From assembly GCA_019244185.1 (NCBI GenBank), contig JAFATB010000019.1, positions 224,001 to 288,000 on the forward strand: a stretch of DNA of 64,000 nucleotides. Reading direction: 5' to 3'. Origin of the DNA: Acidobacteriota bacterium. GTDB lineage: Bacteria; Acidobacteriota; Thermoanaerobaculia; Gp7-AA8. The notes beneath the pieces were generated by a model. It was not told where the DNA came from, searched no databases, and worked only from the letters and a program-made list of their open reading frames with translations. Every line of letters starts with the position of its first letter. The stretch's first letter is position 1. Shown piece after piece: positions 28,733 through 37,399 of the stretch. The position numbers and the translations under genes are program-made.

Positions 28733-29965
28733 ATGGTCCTCTTCAACTACGCCACTAAAGAGATCACGGCCAAGATCGTCTATTACGGCCCCGGTCTCTG
28801 CGGCAAGACGACGAACCTGCAGTTCGTGTACGACTCGCTGCCGTCGAACAACAAGAGCAAGATGCTCTCGCTGGCGACGAAGACGGACCGCACGCTCTTC
28901 TTCGACTTCCTCCCTCTCGACCTCGGCAAGATCCGCGGCATGCGCACCAAGCTTCAGCTCTACACGGTGCCCGGCCAGGTCTACTACAACTCGACGCGCC
29001 AGCTCGTGCTCAAGGGCGCGGACGGAATCGTATTCGTCGCCGACAGCCAGGATTTTGCGCTCGATGCAAACCTCGAATCGATGCAGAACCTCGAGGACAA
29101 CCTCAAGCGCCAGGGCGTGCGCCTCCGCGAGATGCCGCTCGTCGTGCAGTACAACAAACGCGATCTCCCGAACGCGCTGCCGGTCGCCGAGATCGAGCGC
29201 GAGCTGAACAAGCAGAAGGTGCCGTCGTTCGAGTCGGTGGCGACGTCGGGACTCGGCGTCGAGGAAACGCTCAAAGGCATCACGCAGCTCGTGCTCGCCC
29301 ACCTCGTGAAAAAGTACGGACTCGAAGGCGCCGAGCCGCTCGAGCGCGAGATCCAGATCCTCAACGCACCCACCGCCGCACCCGCAACGTCGGAGTCGCT
29401 GTGGGACGACGACGACGAGCCGTTCGGCGCGCCCGCGACGCCGCCGCCCGCCCCGCGCGCACCCGCGGTATCCGCTGCATCCACCGCACCGGCTGCTGCC
29501 TCGCGACCTGCACCGCCGCCACCACCACCGCCCGCGCCGACGCTCTCGCCGTTCGCTCCCGTGAACGAGCCGGAGTTCGATCTCGACGACGCCGATCACG
29601 CGGCGAACGAGCACATCCCGCTCGTGGCCACGGAGCTCGTCGGCGGCGGCAGCGCGCTTCCCGAGCTTCCGCCGCTCGAGCCGTTCGGCCGCGACGCCGT
29701 CTCGGATTACTTCAACGCGGATCCGGTCGAGGTGCCGACGACGTCCATCGAGATCCCGCTGCCGCAGGGTCTTCTCGACTCGCTGCCGATCCTCGGCGAG
29801 CAACCCGCCGCGACGACCGTCGCCGCGCGTCCGCCGCAGGAACGCCGCGCGAACGACGGCCTCGTGAAGGAAGTAAGCATCCCGCTCAACCTGACGATGG
29901 ACGAGATCCGCCAGCATCGCCGCCTGCGCCTCAAGATCACGCTCGACGTGAATCTTTTGCCGTAG
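28733..29965 (+). CDS. MglA-family small GTPase with long Pro/acidic C-terminal extension
   Basis: KIVYYGPGLCGKTTNL, DRTLFFDFLP, YTVPGQVYY and QYNKRDLP. Confidence 0.88.
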   Translation: MVLFNYATKEITAKIVYYGPGLCGKTTNLQFVYDSLPSNNKSKMLSLATKTDRTLFFDFLPLDLGKIRGMRTKLQLYTVPGQVYYNSTRQLVLKGADGIVFVADSQDFALDANLESMQNLEDNLKRQGVRLREMPLVVQYNKRDLPNALPVAEIERELNKQKVPSFESVATSGLGVEETLKGITQLVLAHLVKKYGLEGAEPLEREIQILNAPTAAPATSESLWDDDDEPFGAPATPPPAPRAPAVSAASTAPAAASRPAPPPPPPPAPTLSPFAPVNEPEFDLDDADHAANEHIPLVATELVGGGSALPELPPLEPFGRDAVSDYFNADPVEVPTTSIEIPLPQGLLDSLPILGEQPAATTVAARPPQERRANDGLVKEVSIPLNLTMDEIRQHRRLRLKITLDVNLLP

Positions 29966-30947
29966 CCTGTTGTTCGTCTGCGATCACGGAGGAGTGGTCG
30001 AGTGGTTTAAGGCAGCGGTCTTGAAAACCGCCGTACGGGCAACCGTACCGTGGGTTCGAATCCCACCTCCTCCGCCAATCGCCGGTTTCCGCTGCTTGCT
30101 TGATGAGGTGGAAGGGCGAACGCATTCCAAAGTCGAGACTTCCGTCTCGCACGGTGCAGTTCGAAACGAGCAGTCGCAGCAACTTCGCTCGCTCGGGTGG
30201 TGATTGCGTAAGGTACTCATCACGTGCGGCTTGCAGGAGTTCGAACTGCTCGCGAGCTCGGTCAACCAACTCGTCCGTCGTCACGCACGGCACTTCGATG
30301 GCGAGCTGCGATCGTAGCCTCCGTTCTTCCTTCCGCCAGGCGTCGGAGCGCTCGCGCCAGAAACTCTCTGTGATGCGGCCGGTGAGCTTGTCCTCGTACG
30401 CCTGCGCCTGCAGACATGAAAGCTCCGTCAGGCGCGCCTGGGCGCGCGTGGCGCTTGCTGCTGCGGCGCTCCTCGTCTCGTCGTAGGAGGCCGCGAGGTC
30501 ATCGAGGAGCCAACTGCTCACCGCCTCGTCTACGGTGAGCGTCGTGAGGAGCGCGATGGTTTGCTCCTCGAAGGTGCGCTCCGGGTAGTACGTGCGCCGC
30601 TCGCACCCGGTGCAGAAGTAGTACGTGTACTTCCCCTTCTTCAGATCACCGCTGAGAAGACCGTTGCACGCGGCGCAGCGCAGGAGTCCGGCGAAGGTGA
30701 ACTCGTGCGCTCGCGTCTTGGGCTTGCTCCTGAAGCCGAGCGCGTACTGGACTTGGTCGAAGAGGTCGCGCGTGATGAGCGGCTCGTACTTACCCAGGTA
30801 CGTCGTGCCACCCCACGTGAACTCGCCCACGTACGCGGTGTGCTGGAGGATGCGCGCAAGCGCGCTCTTTTGGATGGGCGCGCCGTAGCGTCCGCGCAGG
30901 CCAAGGTCACGACCGATCTTCGCGTGCCATCGCGCAAGGTTGACCAC
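29937..30947 (-). pseudogene. Large serine recombinase, C-terminal part only (recombinase domain fragment, zinc ribbon, coiled coil)
   Basis: ILQHTAYVG...GKYEPLITRDLFDQVQ, FAGLLRCAACNG, YYFC and ERAKLLRLLV. No N-terminal catalytic resolvase domain. The frame runs antisense through tRNA-Ser. Confidence 0.8.
29988..30077 (+). tRNA. tRNA-Ser(TGA)
   Basis: GGAGGAG acceptor stem, anticodon arm GCGGT-CTTGAAA-ACCGC, long variable arm, GTTCGAATC T loop, GCCA end. Confidence 0.97.
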
Positions 30948-31183
30948 AGGTGCACCTCAAGGTCAGTGGCCTTGCGGAACTGCTGTGGTGCCGCCTCGTG
31001 AAAGTACTCCTCGAACGTCTCGGGAAGTTCTGTCGCGTCCGCGAGTGCTTCATCCAGGAGGCGCGGATTGAGCGCGTAGAGCTCGCGACGTCGCAGGTGG
31101 CGACGAACGACTTCTGCCTGCTCGTGCCGGGTGGCGATGGCCGCTTTCAGGCGCTCCTGTTTGGTGAGGTGAAACCATGACAT
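30641..31183 (-). CDS. Hypothetical protein; only the first ~85 codons look genuine, the rest overlaps the recombinase remnant in another frame
   Basis: MSWFHLTKQERLKAAIATRHEQ... is helical and protein-like to about 30925, then turns into shadow-like sequence. Confidence 0.45.
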   Translation of the reverse strand: MSWFHLTKQERLKAAIATRHEQAEVVRRHLRRRELYALNPRLLDEALADATELPETFEEYFHEAAPQQFRKATDLEVHLWSTLRDGTRRSVVTLACADATARPSKRARLRASSSTPRTWASSRGVARRTWVSTSRSSRATSSTKSSTRSASGASPRRERTSSPSPDSCAAPRATVFSAVI

Positions 31184-31288
31184 GACCTCACTATCGCGTG
31201 GGTGCAGGTATATATCCACCACCTGACACACTGGTTACATCCCTCGTCGGGTGCTTTATAAGAACCTGAAGCGTCCCAATCGTGATGA

Positions 31289-32338
31289 ATGATGGGACAC
31301 AAGCACCTGCTGCAATTTCTCGGCATTCTCTACGACTCGCCCAAGGCGATGGGTATCGAGGAGTTTGCACGAACAAATCGGAGGTTCACGGCACGCTCCC
31401 TCTACCGCTGGCAAGCAGAGCTCAGCGACGATCTGCTCTTCTTCCCAAGCGTCGCGTTCCACTCTCTTGGGCTTTCGACCGTTCATCTCTTCATTGATGA
31501 TCCAGGTTCGGCGTGGCTGGAGTTTCCGTATGCGATCCGAGGCGAGTGGGTCGTCTCGCGGCCCGGCCAGCGCACGCTCTACCTGCACTGCCTCGTTCCC
31601 TGCGGCCACGAGCTGGAACTCGCTGGCGTCCTGCGCGACGCAGAAGGCATCACGGCAGCGAAGATCACCAGCATCGAGTCACGTGATGGCTGGCAGGTGC
31701 TGCGCGACTTCGGAAGCAATCCGCTCAGCCGCGCTCCAGCGGTCACTCGTGATCAGCACGTGTGGGACGTCGTAGAACGTCTCCCGCTCCTCATCGCCGT
31801 CATCTTCGAAAGTGTAGAGCACGGCCAGAGTCTGCCGGCGATCTGGGAATCGATCTACCAGCGTCTCGGCAAGCGAACGTGGGAGTACCTGCCACGCTTC
31901 GCCCGTCGGCTTCCGACGAACGGCAAGGCCTACGTGAAGGAATGCTTTGCACTGCTCAACCACACCGGCCTCTTTCGGCAGAACATCATCCGGTATCGGC
32001 CGCTCAACGCCATCGGCACACCCATGTTCCTCCAAGTCGAGGGCGAGTTAAGCGCAATCATCAACGCCTTCGCGCAGCACGCGCCGAGCATCGACGTCTT
32101 CCCCATCACAAATGACTCCGCTCTCCTGCGCGTGGTGAGTACTCACGCACTCACGCAGCACGTCTTCAGCACGCTCCCGAATCTTCCGCGCATCAGCACA
32201 TGGCACTTCGTCGACACTCCACGCAACGAGTGTGAGCCAGTACGGCCGCGATTCGCCTACGAACTACTCTTCGATCCAGCAACCACCGAATGGGTCTTCC
32301 CTACCGAGATGCTCAAGAAGTTCCGAGGTGGACCATGA
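31289..32338 (+). CDS. Hypothetical protein resembling a tandem Lrp/AsnC-like (HTH + RAM) regulator
   Basis: HTH-like GIEEFARTNRRFTARSLYRW followed by PSVAFHSLGLSTVHLFI (Lrp-like linker). A second similar unit may lie around LLNHTGLFRQNIIRYRPL. Confidence 0.5.
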   Translation: MMGHKHLLQFLGILYDSPKAMGIEEFARTNRRFTARSLYRWQAELSDDLLFFPSVAFHSLGLSTVHLFIDDPGSAWLEFPYAIRGEWVVSRPGQRTLYLHCLVPCGHELELAGVLRDAEGITAAKITSIESRDGWQVLRDFGSNPLSRAPAVTRDQHVWDVVERLPLLIAVIFESVEHGQSLPAIWESIYQRLGKRTWEYLPRFARRLPTNGKAYVKECFALLNHTGLFRQNIIRYRPLNAIGTPMFLQVEGELSAIINAFAQHAPSIDVFPITNDSALLRVVSTHALTQHVFSTLPNLPRISTWHFVDTPRNECEPVRPRFAYELLFDPATTEWVFPTEMLKKFRGGP

Positions 32339-32736
32339 CGGAGAAAAAAGAGTTGGGTGCGCAGGCGATGACGGCCGCGCTGCACGGCGAGAAGACGGCC
32401 GTGCTTGAACTACAACACGCGATGATCGGCGAAGAAATCAAGACGCGCGAAGCGATCAAGACGCGCAACCTCGAAAGCATCCATGCAGACGAGGCAACGC
32501 TGCGCGAGGAACTGCAGCAAGTTACGCCCGCGCATGAAGGCGCAGCCGACGATCCGAATGCACGCAAGGAGCGACACCTCCTCGAGCGCCAGGAGACCGA
32601 ACTCCATCGTGAGGAGCGCGCGGAAGAACGCGCCGCATGGACCGATGAGCAACCGCTCACGCGAGAAGACCGCGAGATCCACAAGACCACACTCGAACAG
32701 GAGCAGCGACGCAAGCGCATCGATGAGCTGATGTGA
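32335..32736 (+). CDS. Small coiled-coil protein
   Basis: 133 aa, E/R-rich helical sequence, ATGA overlap, GAGGTG SD. Confidence 0.7.
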   Translation: MTEKKELGAQAMTAALHGEKTAVLELQHAMIGEEIKTREAIKTRNLESIHADEATLREELQQVTPAHEGAADDPNARKERHLLERQETELHREERAEERAAWTDEQPLTREDREIHKTTLEQEQRRKRIDELM

Positions 32737-32737
32737 C

Positions 32738-34669
32738 TTGCTACCCGACCTTTTCCGCAAGCTCAAGCCGTTGTACGGAACAGCGATCGATCTCTTGTGG
32801 ATCGAGTATCAAACCGCCGATGTTGAACGAAAGCGCGAGATCGAGGAGTACCTCACACTCCTCGGCGTCAAGAAGCTCGGCCTCGCGGTTGGTGATGAGA
32901 AGCTTGTCCTCGACGCACCGCCGGCAGCGCTCATCGGTGAAGGCGACTTCACGATCGGGATGGTGAGCTACCCGAGCATCCCACCGTATCCGTTCCGTGT
33001 TAAGCGCAACGAGCTGCTCAGGCACATCTTCATCCTCGGGCCAACAGGAACAGGCAAGAGCACGCTGCTCCTCAACATTCTCGTGCAGATTCAAGCTGCA
33101 CGGATTCCGTTCATGGTCTTCGACTTCAAGCGCAACTATCGCTGCCTCTTGCGTGCTTCAGGCAACGAATCGCTGATTGTGTTCACTGTTGGACGCAATA
33201 CCGCATCGCTGTCGATCAACGCGCTCACACCGCCGCCCGGCGTGGAGTTCGAAGAATGGGCCGAAGCACTCAGCGACATCATCAGCACCAGCTACCTCCT
33301 CCTGCAGGGAGCACGCAACGTGATGAAGGAAGCGTTACTCCAAGCGCATGCGCAACACGGCAACACAGCGACACTGTTGCACGCGCACGCGTTGCTCGCG
33401 CACGAGTTAGACGCAACGAAGAGCGGCAGCCGACGCTACGGGTGGCTGGAGTCGTCCACGCGCAGCTTGGAGGAGCTGACGAAGGGCAGCTTCGGTCGCG
33501 CGTTAAACGCAACGAACGGCACGCCAGTCGCTGACATGCTCACACGTTCTGTCGTGTTCGAGCTACAGGGATTCGGTGATGACCAGAAGCGATTCTTCTG
33601 CCTCCTCTGGCTGGAAATTATCCTGCTCCTGCGCAAGAGCAGCAGCGCGCCCCGCGAGCAACTCCAGCACGCGCTCATCTTCGATGAAGGCCACAACGTG
33701 TTCCCGCGCGAGCGACCTGGCGAAGTGAGCGTCCCGGCGCGGCTCGCGCGTGAGGTGCGCGAGTTCGGCGAAGCAATCATCGCGGCAACGCAGCAGGCCG
33801 ACGTGAGCGAGAGCCTGATCGCGAACAGCGGATTCAAACTCATCCTGCGCTGCGACTACCCGAAGGATGTGACGTTCGCGAGTCAGCTCCTCCAGATCGA
33901 TGCGCGCTGGCTGCCGAAGCTCCCCATCGGCACGGGCATCGCGAGACTTCCCGTCCGGTTCTATTCGCCCATCCTCTTCACCTTTGGCGTGCAACCAATC
34001 AAGAACCTCGCAATTTCTGACGAGGAAGTGCACGCGCAGTGGTTGCGCACACACCTACCCATACCAAACTCCGACGTTACGTCAGCCATCGGGCAGTTGG
34101 GCGACCGCGAGGAGGCGCTCCTGCGCGACGTGGCGCTAACGCCGATCAGTCCGATCACGCATCGCTACCAACGCCTCGGCTGGCACATGGAGGTCGGCAA
34201 CCGCACGAAAGACGCGATCATCAAGCGCGGTCTCGCGCGCTTCGATGCAATCAGCACACCCCGCGGTCAGGTGAAGATCCTTACGCTCACGCCCGACGGC
34301 ACTGCGCTGCTTGCGTCACGCGGCATGACGCTGAAGCAGACACGCGGCGGCGGTGCCGAGCATGAGTTCTGGAAGCATGAACTGCGTACCATCCTCGAAC
34401 GCGCCGACTGGCTGGTCGCAGAGGAGTTTGCGCTCGGCGGTGGCAAGAGTGCTGACCTGCGCGCTGATCGCGGTGATCGTGCGCTCTTCGTCGAAGTCGA
34501 AACGGGACGGTCGGACATCGCTGCGAACGTCGCGAAGTACCCAAGCGACGTTGACCTCGTGATGTTCTTCACGAGCGCCGAGGTCGCGCAGCGCTACCGC
34601 GACCTCGTGCTGCTCGATCGGCCTGGTACGCGCTGCCTGACGCCGGCCGACCTGCACCAACTCACGTAG
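32738..34669 (+). CDS. HerA/VirD4-like (DUF87-type) ATPase fused to C-terminal wHTH and PD-(D/E)xK-like nuclease domain
   Basis: HIFILGPTGTGKS, VFDFKRNY, LIFDEGH, REFGEAIIAATQ; C-terminal EHEFWK...EEFALGGGKSADL...LFVEVETG. Confidence 0.8.
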   Translation: MLPDLFRKLKPLYGTAIDLLWIEYQTADVERKREIEEYLTLLGVKKLGLAVGDEKLVLDAPPAALIGEGDFTIGMVSYPSIPPYPFRVKRNELLRHIFILGPTGTGKSTLLLNILVQIQAARIPFMVFDFKRNYRCLLRASGNESLIVFTVGRNTASLSINALTPPPGVEFEEWAEALSDIISTSYLLLQGARNVMKEALLQAHAQHGNTATLLHAHALLAHELDATKSGSRRYGWLESSTRSLEELTKGSFGRALNATNGTPVADMLTRSVVFELQGFGDDQKRFFCLLWLEIILLLRKSSSAPREQLQHALIFDEGHNVFPRERPGEVSVPARLAREVREFGEAIIAATQQADVSESLIANSGFKLILRCDYPKDVTFASQLLQIDARWLPKLPIGTGIARLPVRFYSPILFTFGVQPIKNLAISDEEVHAQWLRTHLPIPNSDVTSAIGQLGDREEALLRDVALTPISPITHRYQRLGWHMEVGNRTKDAIIKRGLARFDAISTPRGQVKILTLTPDGTALLASRGMTLKQTRGGGAEHEFWKHELRTILERADWLVAEEFALGGGKSADLRADRGDRALFVEVETGRSDIAANVAKYPSDVDLVMFFTSAEVAQRYRDLVLLDRPGTRCLTPADLHQLT

Positions 34670-34781
34670 GTGTTTCTTCGCCGACACGCCGCGAGGAGCT
34701 CGATTCTCGCGAGCAGGAGGTGTTTCACATCTCCGATAACGTCCGATGCAAGAAAGAGTGTGAAACCGCTCGCCGCTTGTG

Positions 34782-34823
34782 AAAACCATTACGAGAAGCC
34801 GCTGCATGCAAGGTACGAACAAG
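34782..34823 (+). repeat. 42-bp direct repeat, copy 1 (AAAACCATTACGAGAAGCCG-N7-CAAGGTACGAACAAG)
   Basis: 20-bp and 15-bp blocks identical to 35254-35295, with a different 7-bp spacer. Confidence 0.9.
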
Positions 34824-34824
34824 C

Positions 34825-35241
34825 GTGCCACGACGAAGCACAGGCGCACGCTCCACCCGACGCACGGCGTCTGGATCAACGATCGTTCAAGCGATCCGCA
34901 TTCTTTCCCAAGGCAAGCCGCTGATCGAGGCCGACGAGTGTGCCATCGTTCCCGCTGACAAGATCGGCCCTGGAGAACTCGTGTTTCGTGTCGCCGGCGA
35001 CATGCCAGACGTCGGACTGGCTGATCGCGACCACCTCATCGTGGAGCCGCGCACCAATGGTGACGCCGCAACCGGCGAGTTCGTCATCGCCACGCTAGGC
35101 AATGACGCGTTCGTCGGCCGGTACTGGAGGAAGCACGGTACACGCTCACTGCTCGACGGCGCGTTCCACGTCATCGCCCAAGGCTCGGCCCTACGGGTGC
35201 TCGGCGCGGTGACGCTCGTGCTCCGCGACGAAACCCACTGA
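34825..35241 (+). CDS. Degenerate LexA/S24 peptidase-like domain protein
   Basis: FRVAGDMPDVGLADRDHLIVEP...ATGEFVIATL...LRVLGAVTLVLR follows the LexA C-terminal fold pattern but lacks the catalytic Ser and Lys. Confidence 0.7.
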   Translation: MPRRSTGARSTRRTASGSTIVQAIRILSQGKPLIEADECAIVPADKIGPGELVFRVAGDMPDVGLADRDHLIVEPRTNGDAATGEFVIATLGNDAFVGRYWRKHGTRSLLDGAFHVIAQGSALRVLGAVTLVLRDETH

Positions 35242-35253
35242 AAACACGCGCCA

Positions 35254-35295
35254 AAAACCATTACGAGAAGCCGGCTCGATCAAGGTACGAACAAG
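35254..35295 (+). repeat. 42-bp direct repeat, copy 2
   Basis: See 34782-34823. Confidence 0.9.
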
Positions 35296-35398
35296 TGTCT
35301 TGAGAGAACCGGTCGACACGCCGTCCTCCTCAGCGCGATTCGCGAAGCATCGACCTTCCTTCTCCCGAGCGCAAACACCCTGCGGAAAGGAATTAGCG

Positions 35399-36403
35399 AT
35401 GGATGATTGCGAATACCTCGGCACGCTCGAACGCGATCCTGATGGGACGGTGCGCATCCGCCGACCGCACATCCCACAAGCACCAGCACGCACGAAACGA
35501 CCAATCCAAGTCCCCTTCAGTGTGGAGCGGCAGATCGCACGCGGCAACGTGTACGCGACCACCGTCATCGGGGACAGCATGCAACCCACCATCCTCGACA
35601 ACGACGTCGTCATCGTCTCCACGAGCCGATCGCCGCGGCAACGGGACATCGTCGTCATCAGGGCCAACGGGCCGCACCCGGTGTACGGCCCCATCGACGG
35701 GTACGTGTGGCGGTACCACGCGCGTGCCGGTGAGACGTACTTAGGCAAGGACAACCCGCGCTACCGCGATCGTCAACCCGTGATGCGCGAGGAGATCGTC
35801 GGTGTCGTCACGCGCATCCTTCCCCGTGCCTACCGCGACGAGCAGGAAAACTACCTGCGCATTCAGCAACACCGCGCGCTCTCACGAGCATGCAACATAA
35901 CCGACCCACGGGACCTCGGGTTCTACCGGGAACGCGATCTACGCGAGCTCCGCGCGATCTTTCAGATCCCCGCAGATGAACTTGTCGACGGGCGGCTTCC
36001 GTGGGGTCTCTTCCGCGCAACCGCGATCACCGATCATCCGCACGTCGGCATCACGACGCAGGAGGTACTGACCGTCGAGCCCACGATCGAGAGCTGTACC
36101 GGACAACTCGTCGTTAAACGCAACGAGGACGGAGAGACGATCCTCGGCGTGCTGCAGCGCGACGGCCTGCGCTCACGGCATCCTGGCGAGTTCTTCATCG
36201 AAACCGAAGAGCGGCGCATCAACGTGTCACGCAACGACGGCCACTATCCCCTCTACCGAGCCATCGCCGTCATCAAGCGCATCCAACGGCGCGGCGTCGT
36301 CATTCGCCTGCCGCAATGGACGGTCAGCGTAACGGCACAGTCGGCGACTCGCCCCCAGGCAGAGGAACGAGCACGCGTGCGCGGCACCGGAGGAAGACGA
36401 TGA
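35399..36403 (+). CDS. Protein with tandem S24/LexA-like domains
   Basis: VIGDSMQPTILDNDVVIV...DNPRY...IVGVVTRI, plus a second degenerate copy HPHVGITTQEVLTVEP...GQLVV...IAVIKRI; GGAAAGGA SD. Confidence 0.75.
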   Translation: MDDCEYLGTLERDPDGTVRIRRPHIPQAPARTKRPIQVPFSVERQIARGNVYATTVIGDSMQPTILDNDVVIVSTSRSPRQRDIVVIRANGPHPVYGPIDGYVWRYHARAGETYLGKDNPRYRDRQPVMREEIVGVVTRILPRAYRDEQENYLRIQQHRALSRACNITDPRDLGFYRERDLRELRAIFQIPADELVDGRLPWGLFRATAITDHPHVGITTQEVLTVEPTIESCTGQLVVKRNEDGETILGVLQRDGLRSRHPGEFFIETEERRINVSRNDGHYPLYRAIAVIKRIQRRGVVIRLPQWTVSVTAQSATRPQAEERARVRGTGGRR

Positions 36404-36867
36404 GCCACGAGTGCACGCGCCGCAGCCTGCTCCAACTCCTCGGCATCACGATCGGCGCCGCCGCCATCCCCGCACGCGCACGAACCCTAGACGTGGAACC
36501 AAGCCGCGATGAACCGATTGAGGCCGAGCAACCGTTGTCAAGTCCCACACGGTTGGAGCGATTCATCCGGTCACATGGCATCAAGCCCGCGCACCTTGCA
36601 CGCGAGTCGGGCTACTCACGACAACACCTCCTCCGCCTGCGCTTTGGTCGCATGCGCCCATCGCTGACCTGCATTGCTGCACTCGTCGTCGCGCTGCGAC
36701 GGCTCACGCAACGACACATCACCGCTAAAGACCTCTTCGAGCCCGGCGATATTCACCTGGCGTGGCGCGAGGTAAGCGGACAGCACGAGGAGCACGACCA
36801 CGAACAACTGCGGGCCGCATTTGGTCGACGAACGTTGCTCGCATTCCTCAACGGAGCACGATCATGA
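36400..36867 (+). CDS. XRE-like HTH protein with N-terminal twin-arginine-like segment
   Basis: TRRSLLQLLGITIGAAAIPARA followed by GIKPAHLARESGYSRQHLLRLRFGRMRPS; GGAGG SD and ATGA overlap. Confidence 0.7.
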   Translation: MSHECTRRSLLQLLGITIGAAAIPARARTLDVEPSRDEPIEAEQPLSSPTRLERFIRSHGIKPAHLARESGYSRQHLLRLRFGRMRPSLTCIAALVVALRRLTQRHITAKDLFEPGDIHLAWREVSGQHEEHDHEQLRAAFGRRTLLAFLNGARS

Positions 36868-36918
36868 GCCGCAAGCATTACGTGTCATTCAAGCGCGGAT
36901 GCGACCTCGGGAGACGAC

Positions 36919-37383
36919 ATGAGTCCCGTTGACGCACAGCACATTCGCGAGCTCTTCCTCCACAGGCAACCCTCCTACCGGTTGAGCGAAGCGGCTCGGC
37001 TCCTTAGCATGACGCGCGGTCGGCTAGAGCGCGAAGCACGCGCCGACCAGGAGGACGCGTATCGTGTGAACGGCCGCTGGCGCTTCACGTGGCGACAACT
37101 AGCGTATCTCGCGTTTCGCCGCTGGTCACTGAGCGACATCCACGAGGCGCTCGGCATTGATGCTACTGCAGTGCTGCCGCCACTCCTCGCGCTGCGCACG
37201 ATCTCCATTCGGCTGCCGGAGTACCTCGTGCAGGCCATCGAGCACTTCGCCGTTACCGACGACACCACCGTGGACAACTGGCTGCACCATGAGCTGGTCG
37301 ACTTTGCCGGCACGGTGGTCGATCGGATGGAGAATGTCATCCCTGGTTACCGGCGCGCATACCTCTTTCCGGGTCAGGAGTAA
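36919..37383 (+). CDS. Excisionase-like HTH plus ribbon-helix-helix-like protein
   Basis: YRLSEAARLLSMTRGRL...VNGRWRF (MerR/Xis-like) and TISIRLPEYLVQAIEHFA (RHH-like). Confidence 0.6.
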   Translation: MSPVDAQHIRELFLHRQPSYRLSEAARLLSMTRGRLEREARADQEDAYRVNGRWRFTWRQLAYLAFRRWSLSDIHEALGIDATAVLPPLLALRTISIRLPEYLVQAIEHFAVTDDTTVDNWLHHELVDFAGTVVDRMENVIPGYRRAYLFPGQE

Positions 37384-37399
37384 GTTGCGCGATTACGGA

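Noticed and set aside
34782-35295. CRISPR array interpretation of the 42-bp repeats
   Set aside because: Only two copies 472 bp apart with a gene between them and no cas genes; no CRISPR array seen anywhere in the window.
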